Shown: piece by piece, positions 9,914-21,800 of the stretch | Numbering within the stretch: position 1 is the stretch's first letter | Layout of the letters: each line of letters starts with the position of its first letter | IMG/VR virus record: IMGVR_UViG_3300043410_001300 | Span: 2 to 64,001 of that record | Source: a virus | Taxonomy: Duplodnaviria > Caudoviricetes | Direction: 5' to 3' (one strand) | Length of the DNA stretch: 64,000 bases | Notes under the pieces: model-generated | Databases searched by the model: none | What the model was told of the DNA's origin: nothing | Seen by the model: only the letters and a program-made list of their open reading frames with translations | Translations under genes and position numbers: made by a program

Positions 9914-11677
9914 ATGCCAACAACTCTAGTCAATGCGCTCAATACATCTACTGCCTCAGCCCCAGAAACTCCAGTAACAGTTGCTCAGATAAATGCTGCT
10001 CCCATATCAACAACAACTGCCGGCCCATTGCCGCCATCAGCAATACAAGCCCTTACTGCTCAGATAGCATCTAACGCCCAACAATTATCTGAGGGTGAAC
10101 AACAGGCAGCAGGAGTAGTTAACTCTACTACTGGCATAACCACTCGTCAACTCGAAGTGGCCGGCGCAATCGCACCCGGTTCCGGTGCTCTAACTGCAGC
10201 TCTAATCAGTAAAGGTATGCCAGCATCTCAGGCGCTTGAAGGAATGATGACCGGCCCCACAACTGCCACCACGATGGTCAATAGTGTAGTGCCTCAAACA
10301 CGAGCATTGGAAAGTGTGTTGTCGAAGTCAGCAACATCCCTACAGAGTAGTGGTGTTCTCACAGGAAAAGAAAGTGCAGCCCAAGCCGGCGGACCAATTA
10401 TGGCCGCCGCCGTAATGGGGGTTGGCGCAGTAACTAGTTTACTCGGAAGCAGTAATCCTGCTTCTGGCCTTGGCCTGAAAATACCAGGCTCGATTGGTAG
10501 CTTAGGAGATAATTTATCTAGTGGCAAATTAGCTGGAGGATTATCTGACAAACTAACATCCGGTGGGATTGCTACCAGCTTAGGCGGCATGTTAGACTCA
10601 GCGAAGAACTCAGTCACGGGCGCTCTAGATGGACTAAAAAGTACAGCAGAAAACGCATTCGCTTCTGTCGAAGGCTCATTCGTGTCACTAAAGGGAGGAG
10701 TTACTAACATATTAGGTAAAGCATCAGGCTCAGCAAATGAAGTTAAATTAAGTGATGCATCTTTGGCAAATAAAAAAGTTGGATCTGCAAAAGCAGAAGT
10801 AGCGGCCCTAGAAGAAGTTGTACTTGACGCTAAAAAAACTTACAGAGAAGATGACTCCCAAGAAAATGCCACGGCACTAGCCACCGCAGAAAAAAATCTA
10901 GCGGCAGCAAAACAAAAAGCAGCAAAGGCCAGTACTAGCTTTCTCTCAGCATCTACTGCTAGCATTCCTGGTGTATCATCAATTAGTAATACATTAAACT
11001 CAGGTCTAAATGCGTTGCCTGGAGGTATAGGAGCATTCGCAACACAAGTGTCGTCAAAGACTGGTAGTAATCCACTAACATCGATTATCGCATCAGCTAA
11101 ATCAGTTAGTGGTTCATCATCGTTTGACTTGTCTAAAAATGCCGGTGATGTAATGTCAAGTGTAAGTTCATCTCTAAATGGCGCAATGAAAACTGCTATG
11201 GGCACTGCTACGGGTGCCCTTGATAAAGCAAAATCTGCCGCCTCTGGGATGCTAGGTCAACTAGAAACTAGCCTAGCATCGATAGGAAATATGCCAGGGC
11301 AAATCAAAATGCCAGTAATGTCAGCGGATGCAGTGTTACCATCAGCAAAAGCGGCGATTGCTGCCGCTCAAGGTAAATTACTAGGTGACCCACGAATTCC
11401 ACGACCAGGAGCAGTCACGGAAGAAACAGAATCTACGGAAGATCCGGATGAAATAGTCAATAAACAAGCAACTGCTCTTGCCGCGATTGAAGATAAACAG
11501 TCAGCAGTAGATATCATTGACCAAAAAATTGCCGCAATATTTGAAAAAATAGCAGCTAATACAATTAGTACTGATGAGGGTTACTCTAAAATTCACGCAC
11601 TACAAGTAGAGCTAGATGCTGCAAATGAAGAATTATCTACTGCTCAAGCGAATTACGAAGCGACCGTAAGGGCATAA
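9914..11677 (+). CDS. Ala/Ser/Gly-rich putative virion protein with coiled coils
   Basis: 587-aa ORF between spike and gp25; low complexity, one hydrophobic stretch, helical C-terminus. Confidence 0.5.
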   Translation: MPTTLVNALNTSTASAPETPVTVAQINAAPISTTTAGPLPPSAIQALTAQIASNAQQLSEGEQQAAGVVNSTTGITTRQLEVAGAIAPGSGALTAALISKGMPASQALEGMMTGPTTATTMVNSVVPQTRALESVLSKSATSLQSSGVLTGKESAAQAGGPIMAAAVMGVGAVTSLLGSSNPASGLGLKIPGSIGSLGDNLSSGKLAGGLSDKLTSGGIATSLGGMLDSAKNSVTGALDGLKSTAENAFASVEGSFVSLKGGVTNILGKASGSANEVKLSDASLANKKVGSAKAEVAALEEVVLDAKKTYREDDSQENATALATAEKNLAAAKQKAAKASTSFLSASTASIPGVSSISNTLNSGLNALPGGIGAFATQVSSKTGSNPLTSIIASAKSVSGSSSFDLSKNAGDVMSSVSSSLNGAMKTAMGTATGALDKAKSAASGMLGQLETSLASIGNMPGQIKMPVMSADAVLPSAKAAIAAAQGKLLGDPRIPRPGAVTEETESTEDPDEIVNKQATALAAIEDKQSAVDIIDQKIAAIFEKIAANTISTDEGYSKIHALQVELDAANEELSTAQANYEATVRA

Positions 11678-11684
11678 ATACACT

Positions 11685-12116
11685 ATGGCACTATTCACCG
11701 GCTTTTCCACAATCGATATTAATCAACCAACATCAAGAATCGTTGATGGGCTTGTTATTGAGAATAAAATACTGGGTAAAAAATTCAAACTAACCGATAA
11801 AGAATTGATAGTAAGAGACCTAATGAATTCATTATCGATAAAGCAAGGTGAAAAAGTAGGTAATCCCGAATATGGCACATCGATATGGAGCTATGTGTTT
11901 GACCCAAGCACATCAGTTCTACACGAAGAGATGAAAATTGAAGTTCGTCGTGTTGTTGCCTTGGACCCAAGAGTAACTTTACATTCGTGCGTAGTCACTC
12001 CTAGTGAGAATGAAGTAGCTATTGAGATGGAAGTTGAATACAATCCACTAGGCGAAATCGACACGATTGGCTTAAGTCTCAGTAAAAGTACCGGCACAGT
12101 ATCAAAAACTTCATAA
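11685..12116 (+). CDS. gp25: Baseplate wedge subunit gp25-like (GPW/gp25 family)
   Basis: GEKVGNPEYGTSIWSYVFDP...DPRV motif; TAAATA 4 nt before the ATG. Confidence 0.85.
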   Translation: MALFTGFSTIDINQPTSRIVDGLVIENKILGKKFKLTDKELIVRDLMNSLSIKQGEKVGNPEYGTSIWSYVFDPSTSVLHEEMKIEVRRVVALDPRVTLHSCVVTPSENEVAIEMEVEYNPLGEIDTIGLSLSKSTGTVSKTS

Positions 12117-12144
12117 AAGCCACTGATTTCTGCTCTGATAAATA
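12115..12144 (+). promoter_or_regulatory. Late promoter with upstream pseudo-palindromic element
   Basis: AAAAGCCACTGATTT (12115-12129), then TAAATA (12139-12144), upstream of gp6. Confidence 0.6.
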
Positions 12145-12165
12145 CTAAATCACGGGAAATCTAAC

Positions 12166-15100
12166 ATGGCATCAACATCAAGACAATCAAGTTTATTCGG
12201 CGCACAAGACTGGCAGAAACTGTATCAGGCATACAGTAGTGCCGATTTACAGTCATACGACTACGAGTCGTTGCGTAAAAACTTCATTGACTATCTGACA
12301 GCTAACTATCCCGAGACATTTAATGACTACGTTGAGTCAAGTGAATTCGTAGCCCTACTTGATGTCATGGCATACATGGGTCAAGCCCTAGCATTCCGTG
12401 GTGATCTAAACGCTCGTGAAAACTTTCTTGATACCGCTCAACGCCGTGATTCAGTTATCAAATTAGCAAACTTGATTAGTTACAATCCTAAACGAAATAA
12501 TGCGGCTCAAGGATTAGTAAAAGTTACAGCGTTATCTACTACAGAAAATATCACTGATATCAACGGTAATAACTTGGGTGGTAGAACAATCTCCTGGAAT
12601 GATCCATCAAATGCTACTTGGCAAGAGCAATTTAACACAATCATTAACGCAACGCTACTGAATAATCAGAGAATAGGCAAACCAGGCAACAGTCAGGATC
12701 TCCTCGGTATTAAAACCGATGAGTATACTATCAATATTCCAGCATCACAATTACCAATAGTGACATATCAGTCACAAGTAGGTGGCACCACAATGAACTT
12801 TGAACTAACATCAGTGTCTAGTTTAAATCAATCATACTTGTATGAGCTGCCACCTGCTCCTAATAGTCAATTTAATATCTTGTACAGAAATGACAAGTTG
12901 GGTTATGGTAGCATCAATACAGGATTCTTCTTCTATTTCAAGCAAGGTAGTTTACAAACTGTAGATTTCAGTTTTACAGAAGCAATCCAAAACAATATGC
13001 AGTTGATAAAAGTGCAGGGAGTGAATAATGACGACACCTGGTTGTACAAACTAGATACTGCTGGTACACCTACTGAACTGTGGACACAAGTACAAAATGT
13101 TTACACATCAGCAACCGATAGTAATGGTGCCGTAGTAAAGAGCTTGTACAGCGTGACTAGTAGAGCTAATGACGAAGTTACTTATGTTTTTGGCGACGGG
13201 GTGTTCTCTACTGTTCCAACAGGAAGTTATCGTGCGTATGTTCGCAGTAGTAATGCTCTACAATACACAATCAATCCGGCAGAAATGTCTGGTGTAAATG
13301 TAGATATCAACTACATTAGTCGCAGTGGCCGCCAAGAAACACTAACGGTCACATTCTCCCTACAGACACCAAACAGCACTGCTCAAAATCGCGAGTCATT
13401 ATCAGCAATCAAAGAACGAGCACCTGCTAGATTCTACACTCAAAATCGTATGGTCAATGGCGAAGACTACACAAGTTTCCCGTTCACCCTCTACAACTCC
13501 ATCATCAAATCAAAAGCACTCAATCGTAGTTCAATTGGTGTATCGCGTAACCTAGATTTGTTAGATCCAACAGGTAAGTATTCTTCAACCAATGTGTTCG
13601 CTGACGATGGCGCACTTACATTTGATAACTCGCCATACACTACTACATTCTCTACATCAAGTACATACTATGCGACTGAGTTCTTGAGTTCGACATTGCC
13701 AAATTTATTAGCTAAATCAGGCACTCTACATTACTACCACACATATTACAAAAAGTTTCCAGAAACTCAAGAGTCACTAGCAACTCGTTGGTGGTTAACA
13801 TCAATCAACGGCACACAAGTAACTGGTTATTTCTACACTCAAGGCACAGACACTGGAGACAAAGCGCCTATTGCTGTAGGTTCATTTAGTAGTACAAGCG
13901 CAAAATACATCACTAAGGGCGCCCTAATTCAATTTGTGCCGGTTAATTCAAACCAGTATTTTGATGAAAATAATAGACTGACCTCAGTAAATACAGGCAA
14001 GCAGAGTATCTGGGTAGCAGTCGAAGGCGTTGTCGGTGACGGTTACAACTACGGTATAGGTAATTTAAGTTCTGGTCTTGGACCAATTACACTAAGTGGC
14101 TATGTCCCAAAGAATGTAAAAATTACAGACATTAAGGGTATTGTACCAGAGTTCAGTACAACATTGAGTACCGCTATTAGTTCCGCTTCTCTTGCTAAAA
14201 TTAGATTGAAACAAAACTTTGCTCTACAATTTAGTAACGGCAAGATTGCTACGGATGAGCGCTGGTCAATAATTGACATCCCAGCATACACCGAGACACC
14301 AGCATACAATGACTACATTGTTAAATTCGAATACAACGCAACCGACAGTATCTACACTGTATCTATTAGAACAGTTTCTTATTCATTCTCTAGCGTATCC
14401 GATGTAAGATTTACCTATGATAGTTCTCAGAGAGTTTATGATCCAAAAACAGGCCAAGTTCTTTCTGATTATGTGAATGTACTAGTTGCTTCGGCTACCA
14501 ACGGCACCACAAACAACTATCTTAATGTCATCGGTCAACCAGTACAGAGTGACGGTTATTCAGATGACTTTCAAGTAACAGTGTCACCAATCAATCAGAC
14601 TACAGGTTACTCTAGTAATCCAAACTTTTTTAGCGAATTAACCGGCAGTGCCCAATCTCCAATAATTAGCGTAAGCGCCGCCGTCTTCTTCTCAGTTGCC
14701 ACTGGTCAAGCAGATGGGTTGACTACGACACAATTACTATCAAATGGTACGGTTGTGTACAGTAACTCATTGACATCGTTGGCGCAAGTTAGTGACTCGG
14801 TTTATGAATATGAGACAGGTCAAGTATTCTATTGTCCCGATGCGCTAAGTGTAAACCTCACTGCGGAAATCAGCGTTGGTACTAACTACTATCTAGTAAC
14901 TGCTACATGTAATATTGAGCATAAGTTAACTAGCGGCAAGAAAGTAACAATTAAGGGAGCTGGCGAAACGGATACTACCCGCCCGTACAACGGCACATTC
15001 GTCATCACTAAGATAGACGAAAAAACATTTACTTATCGGACTGAGACTACAGTTCAGCTCGATACTCCGATAACCAATCACGCAATCGTAGCTAATCGTT

Positions 15101-15807
15101 TCTATTCTTCATCTGAAATCCCAGCAACATACCCAATTGTCCTTGAGTTATCAGATGTAACTGACGATTACAAAGCCGCAGTTGGCAAAGGCGGCCTAAA
15201 CTTTCAATATCGTCACAATAGCGGTCAAACTAGTAGAATTGATCCAGCGACATCAAATATCATTGATTTGTATCTAGTCACGCAAAGCTATTACACTAAT
15301 TACATGAACTGGATTAGTGACACGACCGGAACACTAAGTGAGCCAGATAAACCCACACTAAGTGAATTACAACAGAGCTATGGCGACCTAGAAAGCTACA
15401 AGATGGTCAGTGATAGCGTTGTTTTGAACAGCGTAACATTCAAGCCGTTGTTCGGCAGCAAAGCCGCCCCAGCTCTTCGAGCAACCATCAAAGTTGTGAA
15501 AAATACTAAGTCCACCGCTAGCGAAACTCAAATACGCAGTAGTGTACTCTCAGCAATGAATACATACTTCTCTATTGATAACTGGAACTTTGGCGACAAA
15601 TTCTATTTCTCGGAATTAAGTGCTTATCTACATAGTGAGCTAGGTTCAATGATTTCATCTGTAATCTTGGTATCTAGTGATCCAACAGCAAAGTTCGGTG
15701 ATATGTACGAAGTTCGCAGTGCTCCTCACGAAATATTCGTCAACGGCGCCACTATTAGCGACATCGTTGTACTCAGTAGTTTGACTGCCAGTAATATGAA
15801 CCGATAA
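12166..15807 (+). CDS. gp6: Baseplate wedge protein gp6-like (extended, 1213 aa)
   Basis: DYESLRKNFIDYL...ESSEFVALLDVMAY...ENFLDTAQRRDSV, FGDGVF, ESLSAIKERAP...TQNRMVNGEDY; follows gp25. Confidence 0.85.
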   Translation: MASTSRQSSLFGAQDWQKLYQAYSSADLQSYDYESLRKNFIDYLTANYPETFNDYVESSEFVALLDVMAYMGQALAFRGDLNARENFLDTAQRRDSVIKLANLISYNPKRNNAAQGLVKVTALSTTENITDINGNNLGGRTISWNDPSNATWQEQFNTIINATLLNNQRIGKPGNSQDLLGIKTDEYTINIPASQLPIVTYQSQVGGTTMNFELTSVSSLNQSYLYELPPAPNSQFNILYRNDKLGYGSINTGFFFYFKQGSLQTVDFSFTEAIQNNMQLIKVQGVNNDDTWLYKLDTAGTPTELWTQVQNVYTSATDSNGAVVKSLYSVTSRANDEVTYVFGDGVFSTVPTGSYRAYVRSSNALQYTINPAEMSGVNVDINYISRSGRQETLTVTFSLQTPNSTAQNRESLSAIKERAPARFYTQNRMVNGEDYTSFPFTLYNSIIKSKALNRSSIGVSRNLDLLDPTGKYSSTNVFADDGALTFDNSPYTTTFSTSSTYYATEFLSSTLPNLLAKSGTLHYYHTYYKKFPETQESLATRWWLTSINGTQVTGYFYTQGTDTGDKAPIAVGSFSSTSAKYITKGALIQFVPVNSNQYFDENNRLTSVNTGKQSIWVAVEGVVGDGYNYGIGNLSSGLGPITLSGYVPKNVKITDIKGIVPEFSTTLSTAISSASLAKIRLKQNFALQFSNGKIATDERWSIIDIPAYTETPAYNDYIVKFEYNATDSIYTVSIRTVSYSFSSVSDVRFTYDSSQRVYDPKTGQVLSDYVNVLVASATNGTTNNYLNVIGQPVQSDGYSDDFQVTVSPINQTTGYSSNPNFFSELTGSAQSPIISVSAAVFFSVATGQADGLTTTQLLSNGTVVYSNSLTSLAQVSDSVYEYETGQVFYCPDALSVNLTAEISVGTNYYLVTATCNIEHKLTSGKKVTIKGAGETDTTRPYNGTFVITKIDEKTFTYRTETTVQLDTPITNHAIVANRFYSSSEIPATYPIVLELSDVTDDYKAAVGKGGLNFQYRHNSGQTSRIDPATSNIIDLYLVTQSYYTNYMNWISDTTGTLSEPDKPTLSELQQSYGDLESYKMVSDSVVLNSVTFKPLFGSKAAPALRATIKVVKNTKSTASETQIRSSVLSAMNTYFSIDNWNFGDKFYFSELSAYLHSELGSMISSVILVSSDPTAKFGDMYEVRSAPHEIFVNGATISDIVVLSSLTASNMNR

Positions 15808-15808
15808 G

Positions 15809-15836
15809 AAAACAGTGGTTTTTGCCGAGATAAATA
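15809..15836 (+). promoter_or_regulatory. Late promoter with upstream pseudo-palindromic element
   Basis: AAAACAGTGGTTTTT (15809-15823), then TAAATA (15831-15836), upstream of the giant ORF. Confidence 0.6.
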
Positions 15837-15864
15837 CTTAATCTACAATAGGTAAAGTATTAAC

Positions 15865-18800
15865 ATGGTCAACCAAGTCAGAACACTCGATTTTCTCCCA
15901 GAAATATTCAAAACAGAAACTAACGACCAGTTTCTGTCATCGACTCTGGATGTTCTAACCAAGCAGCCGAACATGACCCGTGTTCAGGGCTACATTGGTA
16001 ATAAGTACGGCTACGCAATCAATGCTGGTGACAATTACATCACTGAGCCTACCGCTACCAGAAGTAATTATCAACTAGACCCCGCCGTAGTATTTCTAAA
16101 AGAAGATACACAGAGCGCTACTGACTTTATTGACTACCCAAGCATCATTGCCGCATTATCAAATGCCGGCGCAGTCACTGACAATCACAACAAACTTTTC
16201 AGTAACAAGTTCTACAGTTGGGACAGTTTTGCTGACATCGACAAACTAGTAAACTACGCTCAATATTACTGGCTACCTTTAGGTCCCGACGCAATTCAGA
16301 TCAGTCAAGAAATCACAATCGATGACATCCTAGATAAGACTAGTTACACAGCACCTAACGGTTTAGAGTTCGTAAACGGACTCAAAGTTAACTTTGGTGG
16401 TATTGTGCATCCAGAAAACTACAAAGGCGTGGATTACTATGTTGAGGGAGTAGGTACATCAATTACGCTAGTACCAGCAAATGAACTTCTATGTACAGAA
16501 GTTACCGGCGGTGGTATCTACACCCCATGGGATAATGACCCGTTCGATACGGTCGACTGGAGTATCTCCTTGTATGTACCTATTCAACCAGACTACATTG
16601 TAATGAGTCGCAGTAGTAGAGAACGCAACGCATGGTCTCGAGGCAACCGCTGGTTCCATCAGGGAGTACTTGATGCCCACATTAAGTACAATGGTGTAGT
16701 AACAAACAATCAGTACAACACACAAACTCGTGCCCAGCGCCCAATTGTTGAATTTCAGGGCAATATGTCTCTGTACAATAGTGGTACGTCATTTGCAGCA
16801 ATCGTAGACTTTATTGATACTCGTACTAAAGACGCATTATCATTAGTAGCGGGACAAGAACACTTTATCGTTAGTACAGATGTTAACAGAACAAGTAATC
16901 GCGTATCAACAGACGGTATTGTGGTAAATGATACTACAAATTTAGTCGAGGGAATGAAAGTTACATTCTCGGCAATCACCGGAACATTACCATCACCACT
17001 ATCATCTGCCACCACATACGAAATTCGTTCGATTGATAATGTACTATCGGCAATCACTATTAGTTCACCAAGTACAACAGTTAATGGTTCAGTAATTACT
17101 CCTAATGTTATTGTAGTCACACCTGGTGCCTATGATATGAAAGTATCAGGCATATCAGAAATTGGTCTACTGAACGACACTACTGTTGTATTCGCTAACG
17201 ACGATGATGTTAATGTTCGTAAGACAGTGTACAAGGTAACATCAGTTGAAGCTGGCGCTGGTCAAAAGAAAATCATCGCACTTACACCACTGCCTAATGT
17301 TACTGTGGAAACAGAAGGTCAACTGTACATTGCTGCTGGACCAGGCGACTACTTAGGACAAGCATGGCGCTTCTCTACTGAAGTTGACGGTATCATTCGT
17401 CCCGCGGGCGAACAAGGCTGGATTCAAAGTCAAAAGAAAATCGCAATCAATCAAAGCCCAATGTTCGATATGTTCGACAGTAACGATGTCAGTTTCTCTG
17501 ACAAGTCGTTCTACATGAACTCAACATTTAAAGGCACAAAATTATTCGGCTACACTATCGGCACAGGCACAAACGACTCAATCTTGGGATTTGCTACTAC
17601 TTACAGTAGCCCAGCGAACACTGGCGACTTCTTATTCACCGTTCATATGAACAGTGACCAGTTTACATACACTAACGCTTCAACTGGCGCTACAATCACT
17701 AAGATGATTAGTGATGGTTACGCACATCATCGCCTAACAACTACATCGACCGTAAAGCGTACTGGTTGGGTAGAAGCAGTTGCACCTAGCGTACAGTATC
17801 AAGTGTTTATCTTTGATGTGACTGATCTTAATAAAGATGGTCTACTATGCGATGTAGCAATGAGCTCAGAAGCACAAACTGTATGGTCACCAGTAAAAAT
17901 TTACAAGAACGGCGAGTTTGTTGACAGCTCATACTACACAACAACAGTAGATACAGTAGCTGGCACTACATTAATTAAATTCAAAACTACACTAACTGTC
18001 GGCGATAATGTATCAGTTCAACTAATCAGTGAACAAGTAAGTAAAACGGCGTATTATCAAATCCCAAGCAACTTACAGAGTAACCCGTTCAACACTCAAA
18101 TCAGTAGTATTGCTGCTGGTGATTTGAAGAACTACTACGCTAGTATCTTTGGTAACGCACCTCGTGCTGCCGGTCTAGTATTCGGTCAGAATAATTTAGG
18201 CAACTTAGGTGATCTAGCAAAATACGGCAACACAATCATTCAGAACAGTGCTAGTTTATTACTGCCTGGCGTATTCTTGCGCAAATCTGACTACGATCTA
18301 CAAACTGCTCTACAGTTCAATGCTGATGAGTACATGGACTACAAGCATACCGTCATTCAACTAGCTTCGTCGGGTGACTACTCTGTGTATCAAACACCGG
18401 CGTCAATTTTAGATGACATCATCTACCAAATTTCTAGTTCAAAGAGCGAATCGGACTCATTCTACTGGAGTGATATGATTCCTTCTGGTAGTCCATTCAA
18501 AGTAAACACATACAACTTTGGCGCTACTGTATCATTTGCTACATTCTCAACTAGCAGAGTGTATGATTTTGCTAGCGCTAATTACCATAGTTTAGTAGTG
18601 TATCAGACTGAAACTGTTGATAATAAAACCATCACAACTCAACTTGTTCGTGACATTGATTACTTTGTCAGCACTACTGAACCTAGTGTTACTATCAAAC
18701 GAACATTAACTACTGGTAGTACTATCACGGTAAAAGAGTACAATCAAACTTGGGGTAGTTACATTCCTAACACTCCGACAAAATTGGGCTTGTTTGCGGC

Positions 18801-21800
18801 AACAGTACCAACGGTTGTGCTTGATACGACATACACTCAACCAACATACTTTATCGTAGGACACGATGGCAGTTACACCCGTCTCTATGGTACATATGAG
18901 AATAATCAACTACAAGATTTCAGAGACATCGTACTTTTAGAATTCGAAACAAGAATTTACAATAACTTAAAAATTACTGATGCTTCACCAGTCAGCTACA
19001 CTGATTTGATGCCCGGGCAATGGCGCAAAACAGGCTACACTTGGGAAGACATTCTGCCAGCATACACTAAAAACTTTCTAGGTTGGGTTGGCAAGAACAA
19101 ATTAGGCGACTACCGCAAGCAAGTGTTCTCGTCAAACAACAAATTTACATTCAACTACAATAAGACTACTAACAAGTTGTCAAGCACACAGAAAAATCCT
19201 GTTCTATTGAAACAGGGTAACTGGCGTGGTATCTACCGATGGTTCTATGATACTTGTAATCCTGCGGCTGCGCCATGGGAGATGCTAGGAATCACTAGTA
19301 AGCCTCAATGGTGGGATTCTCGTTACGGTGCGGCTCCGTACACAAGTGGCAACGCTCTAATGTGGCAAGACATTGCTGATGGTAGAGTATGGAACAATGG
19401 CTCACCATACATCGACAATGCTCGTATTCGCCCGGAACTTCTATCGGTTCTACCAGTTGATATCAACGGTGACTTAGTTGACCCGCTAGAACGAATAGTT
19501 GATAACTATGACAGTTTAACATTTGAGAGAGGCTGGGTAGCAGGAGACAGTGGCCCAACGGAAACAGCATACTTGCGTAGTAGCACTTGGCCATTCGATC
19601 TGATGAAATTATTAAGCGCATTCAAGCCGGCCTCATTTTACAATCTATTAGTTGATAGAGACTTGTACAAGTACAGTACTGAATTAGGTCAACACTTATT
19701 CAATGGTCGCTATCACTTAGACCCGACACAACTGACAATTTATGGCAGTGGCACTGCTAAGCACTCTTACATCAACTGGGTAGTAGATTACATCAATCAA
19801 ACTGGCACTGATGGCCAAGCTTCAGTAGCAACTACGCTAAAGAATATTGATGTTCGTTTAACATACAGACTTGCTGGTTTCAGTGACAAGCAATACTTAC
19901 GCTTCTTAACAGAAAACACTGCTCCTAGTGCTACTTCAAATAGTCTACTAATCCCAGACGACAGTTATTCTGTTTTACTCTACGATAATGTGCCTAGTGA
20001 TCAAGTAACATACAGTAGCGTAATCATTCAAAAAACAGAACGCGGTTACACAGTATGGGGTAATAGTCTAACTAAACCGTACTTTAGTACAGTCGCGCCA
20101 AAAACTGGCCCATATCAAAAACTTACATTCGGTACTACAACAGTTCAACTATCAACAGTGTATGAAGCTGGCTCTAATGTATCAATCGCGTACGGTACAG
20201 AATTCTACACAGTTCAAGGCACTAGTGAGTTCTTACGCAACTATGGTCGTTGGTTAACCGAGCGCGGCATCATGTTTGAAAACATGATTGACGATTCTCA
20301 AGTTAACTGGGACTCAATGATTGGCGAGTTCATTAGCTGGGCACAGCAGAGTTGGGAAGTAGGCAGCATCATCAGTCTAAACCCCAATGCGAAAGAGTTC
20401 AAAGTTTACAAAGCTGGCCTAATAGTACAGCCATTAACACTACACAAAGAAAACTTCATTCTCAATCAAAACTTGATTACACTCAAGAGTCAGAATATGG
20501 CAGTGTTGAGAAAAAATGAAGAGTTTACTGTTCGTGTTCTAAGTGACGGTGATACCGTTGCTTACACAAACTTGAACTTGAGTACAGTCGAACATGCTAT
20601 CGTGTTTGATAACAAGACTGTATTTGGTGATACAATTTACAACACCGACAGCGGACTAAGACAAACTCGTCTTATCATGCAAGGCAAGAAGACTGCTGAC
20701 TGGAGCGGTTATGTAAACGCCGACGGATTTATTCTTAATCAAGCAGATATCAAAGAGTGGAACAACTCAACCAAGTATCCTAAGGGACAAATTGTCTTGT
20801 ACAAGAACAAGTACTGGTTTGCTAAAGAACTTATTCAGCCTACTGATACATTCGATTACACACTATGGACAGAAAGTAGTTACGACAACATCAAGCAAGG
20901 TCTACTGCCTAACCCTAGTACGATTGCTTATGAAAGCAGTCAACTCTACGATATTCAGCAAGCAAACTTAGAGCAAGACGAAGACTTGCTAGCATTCGGC
21001 TTGATCGGCTTCCGTCCTCGTGAGTACATGTCTCTTGCTGCCTTAACAGATGTAACACAAGTAAACATCTACAAGAACATGATTAGTAGTAAGGGTACTA
21101 ACAAGTCAGCACTAGCGTTCAAGGGCGCTACGCCACTACAGGGTGACTTAGACTATGATGTCCGTGAAAACTGGGCTATCAAAAACAGCACATTTGGTAG
21201 TGTACTCAACAGTAACTTCGTTGAAGTACAACTGTATCAGAATCTATTGACTGGCAACCCAGCAATCATCGGCTTCGGTGATGCTATGTCTAGTACTACT
21301 GACTTCTCTACGGTTGCGTTCAATTCTGGCGTACAGCAGAAAGTATCTATCGGTGATGCTCTATTAAAAGGCAAGAAAAAAGTAAAAGGCGACAAAGACT
21401 ACATCTATCAAAACGATCTAATCAACTACGGTCGTAATCCAGCAAATGCGAACTTCTTACCAACATACAGCTTAACTTATGTTGAAGAGCGTGGTCTACC
21501 AAGCGCCGGTTATGTAAACATCGACGATGTTGATTACTATGCTTACAATCTAACCGATCTCAATACTACTGCTACAAATATCTCTGAACTGTATCGTGGT
21601 GATGTAGTATGGGTAGCAAACTACAACTCTAAGTGGGATGTGTTTACTCCAGTAAGTATCGGCACAACTCTAAGCACTGTTCGCAATAACTTAGACAACA
21701 CGGTCACTCTAATATTCGCTCAACCACACGGTCTACTCGAAGATGATCCGTTTGTAATAGTTGACTTTGATGACCGCGTGAATGGTTACTACACAGTGAA

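Noticed and set aside
4498-15807. Bacterial T6SS/eCIS locus instead of a phage
   Set aside because: Linked gp55-gp47-gp46, T4-type late promoters and the lack of membrane-complex or host housekeeping genes favour a phage genome
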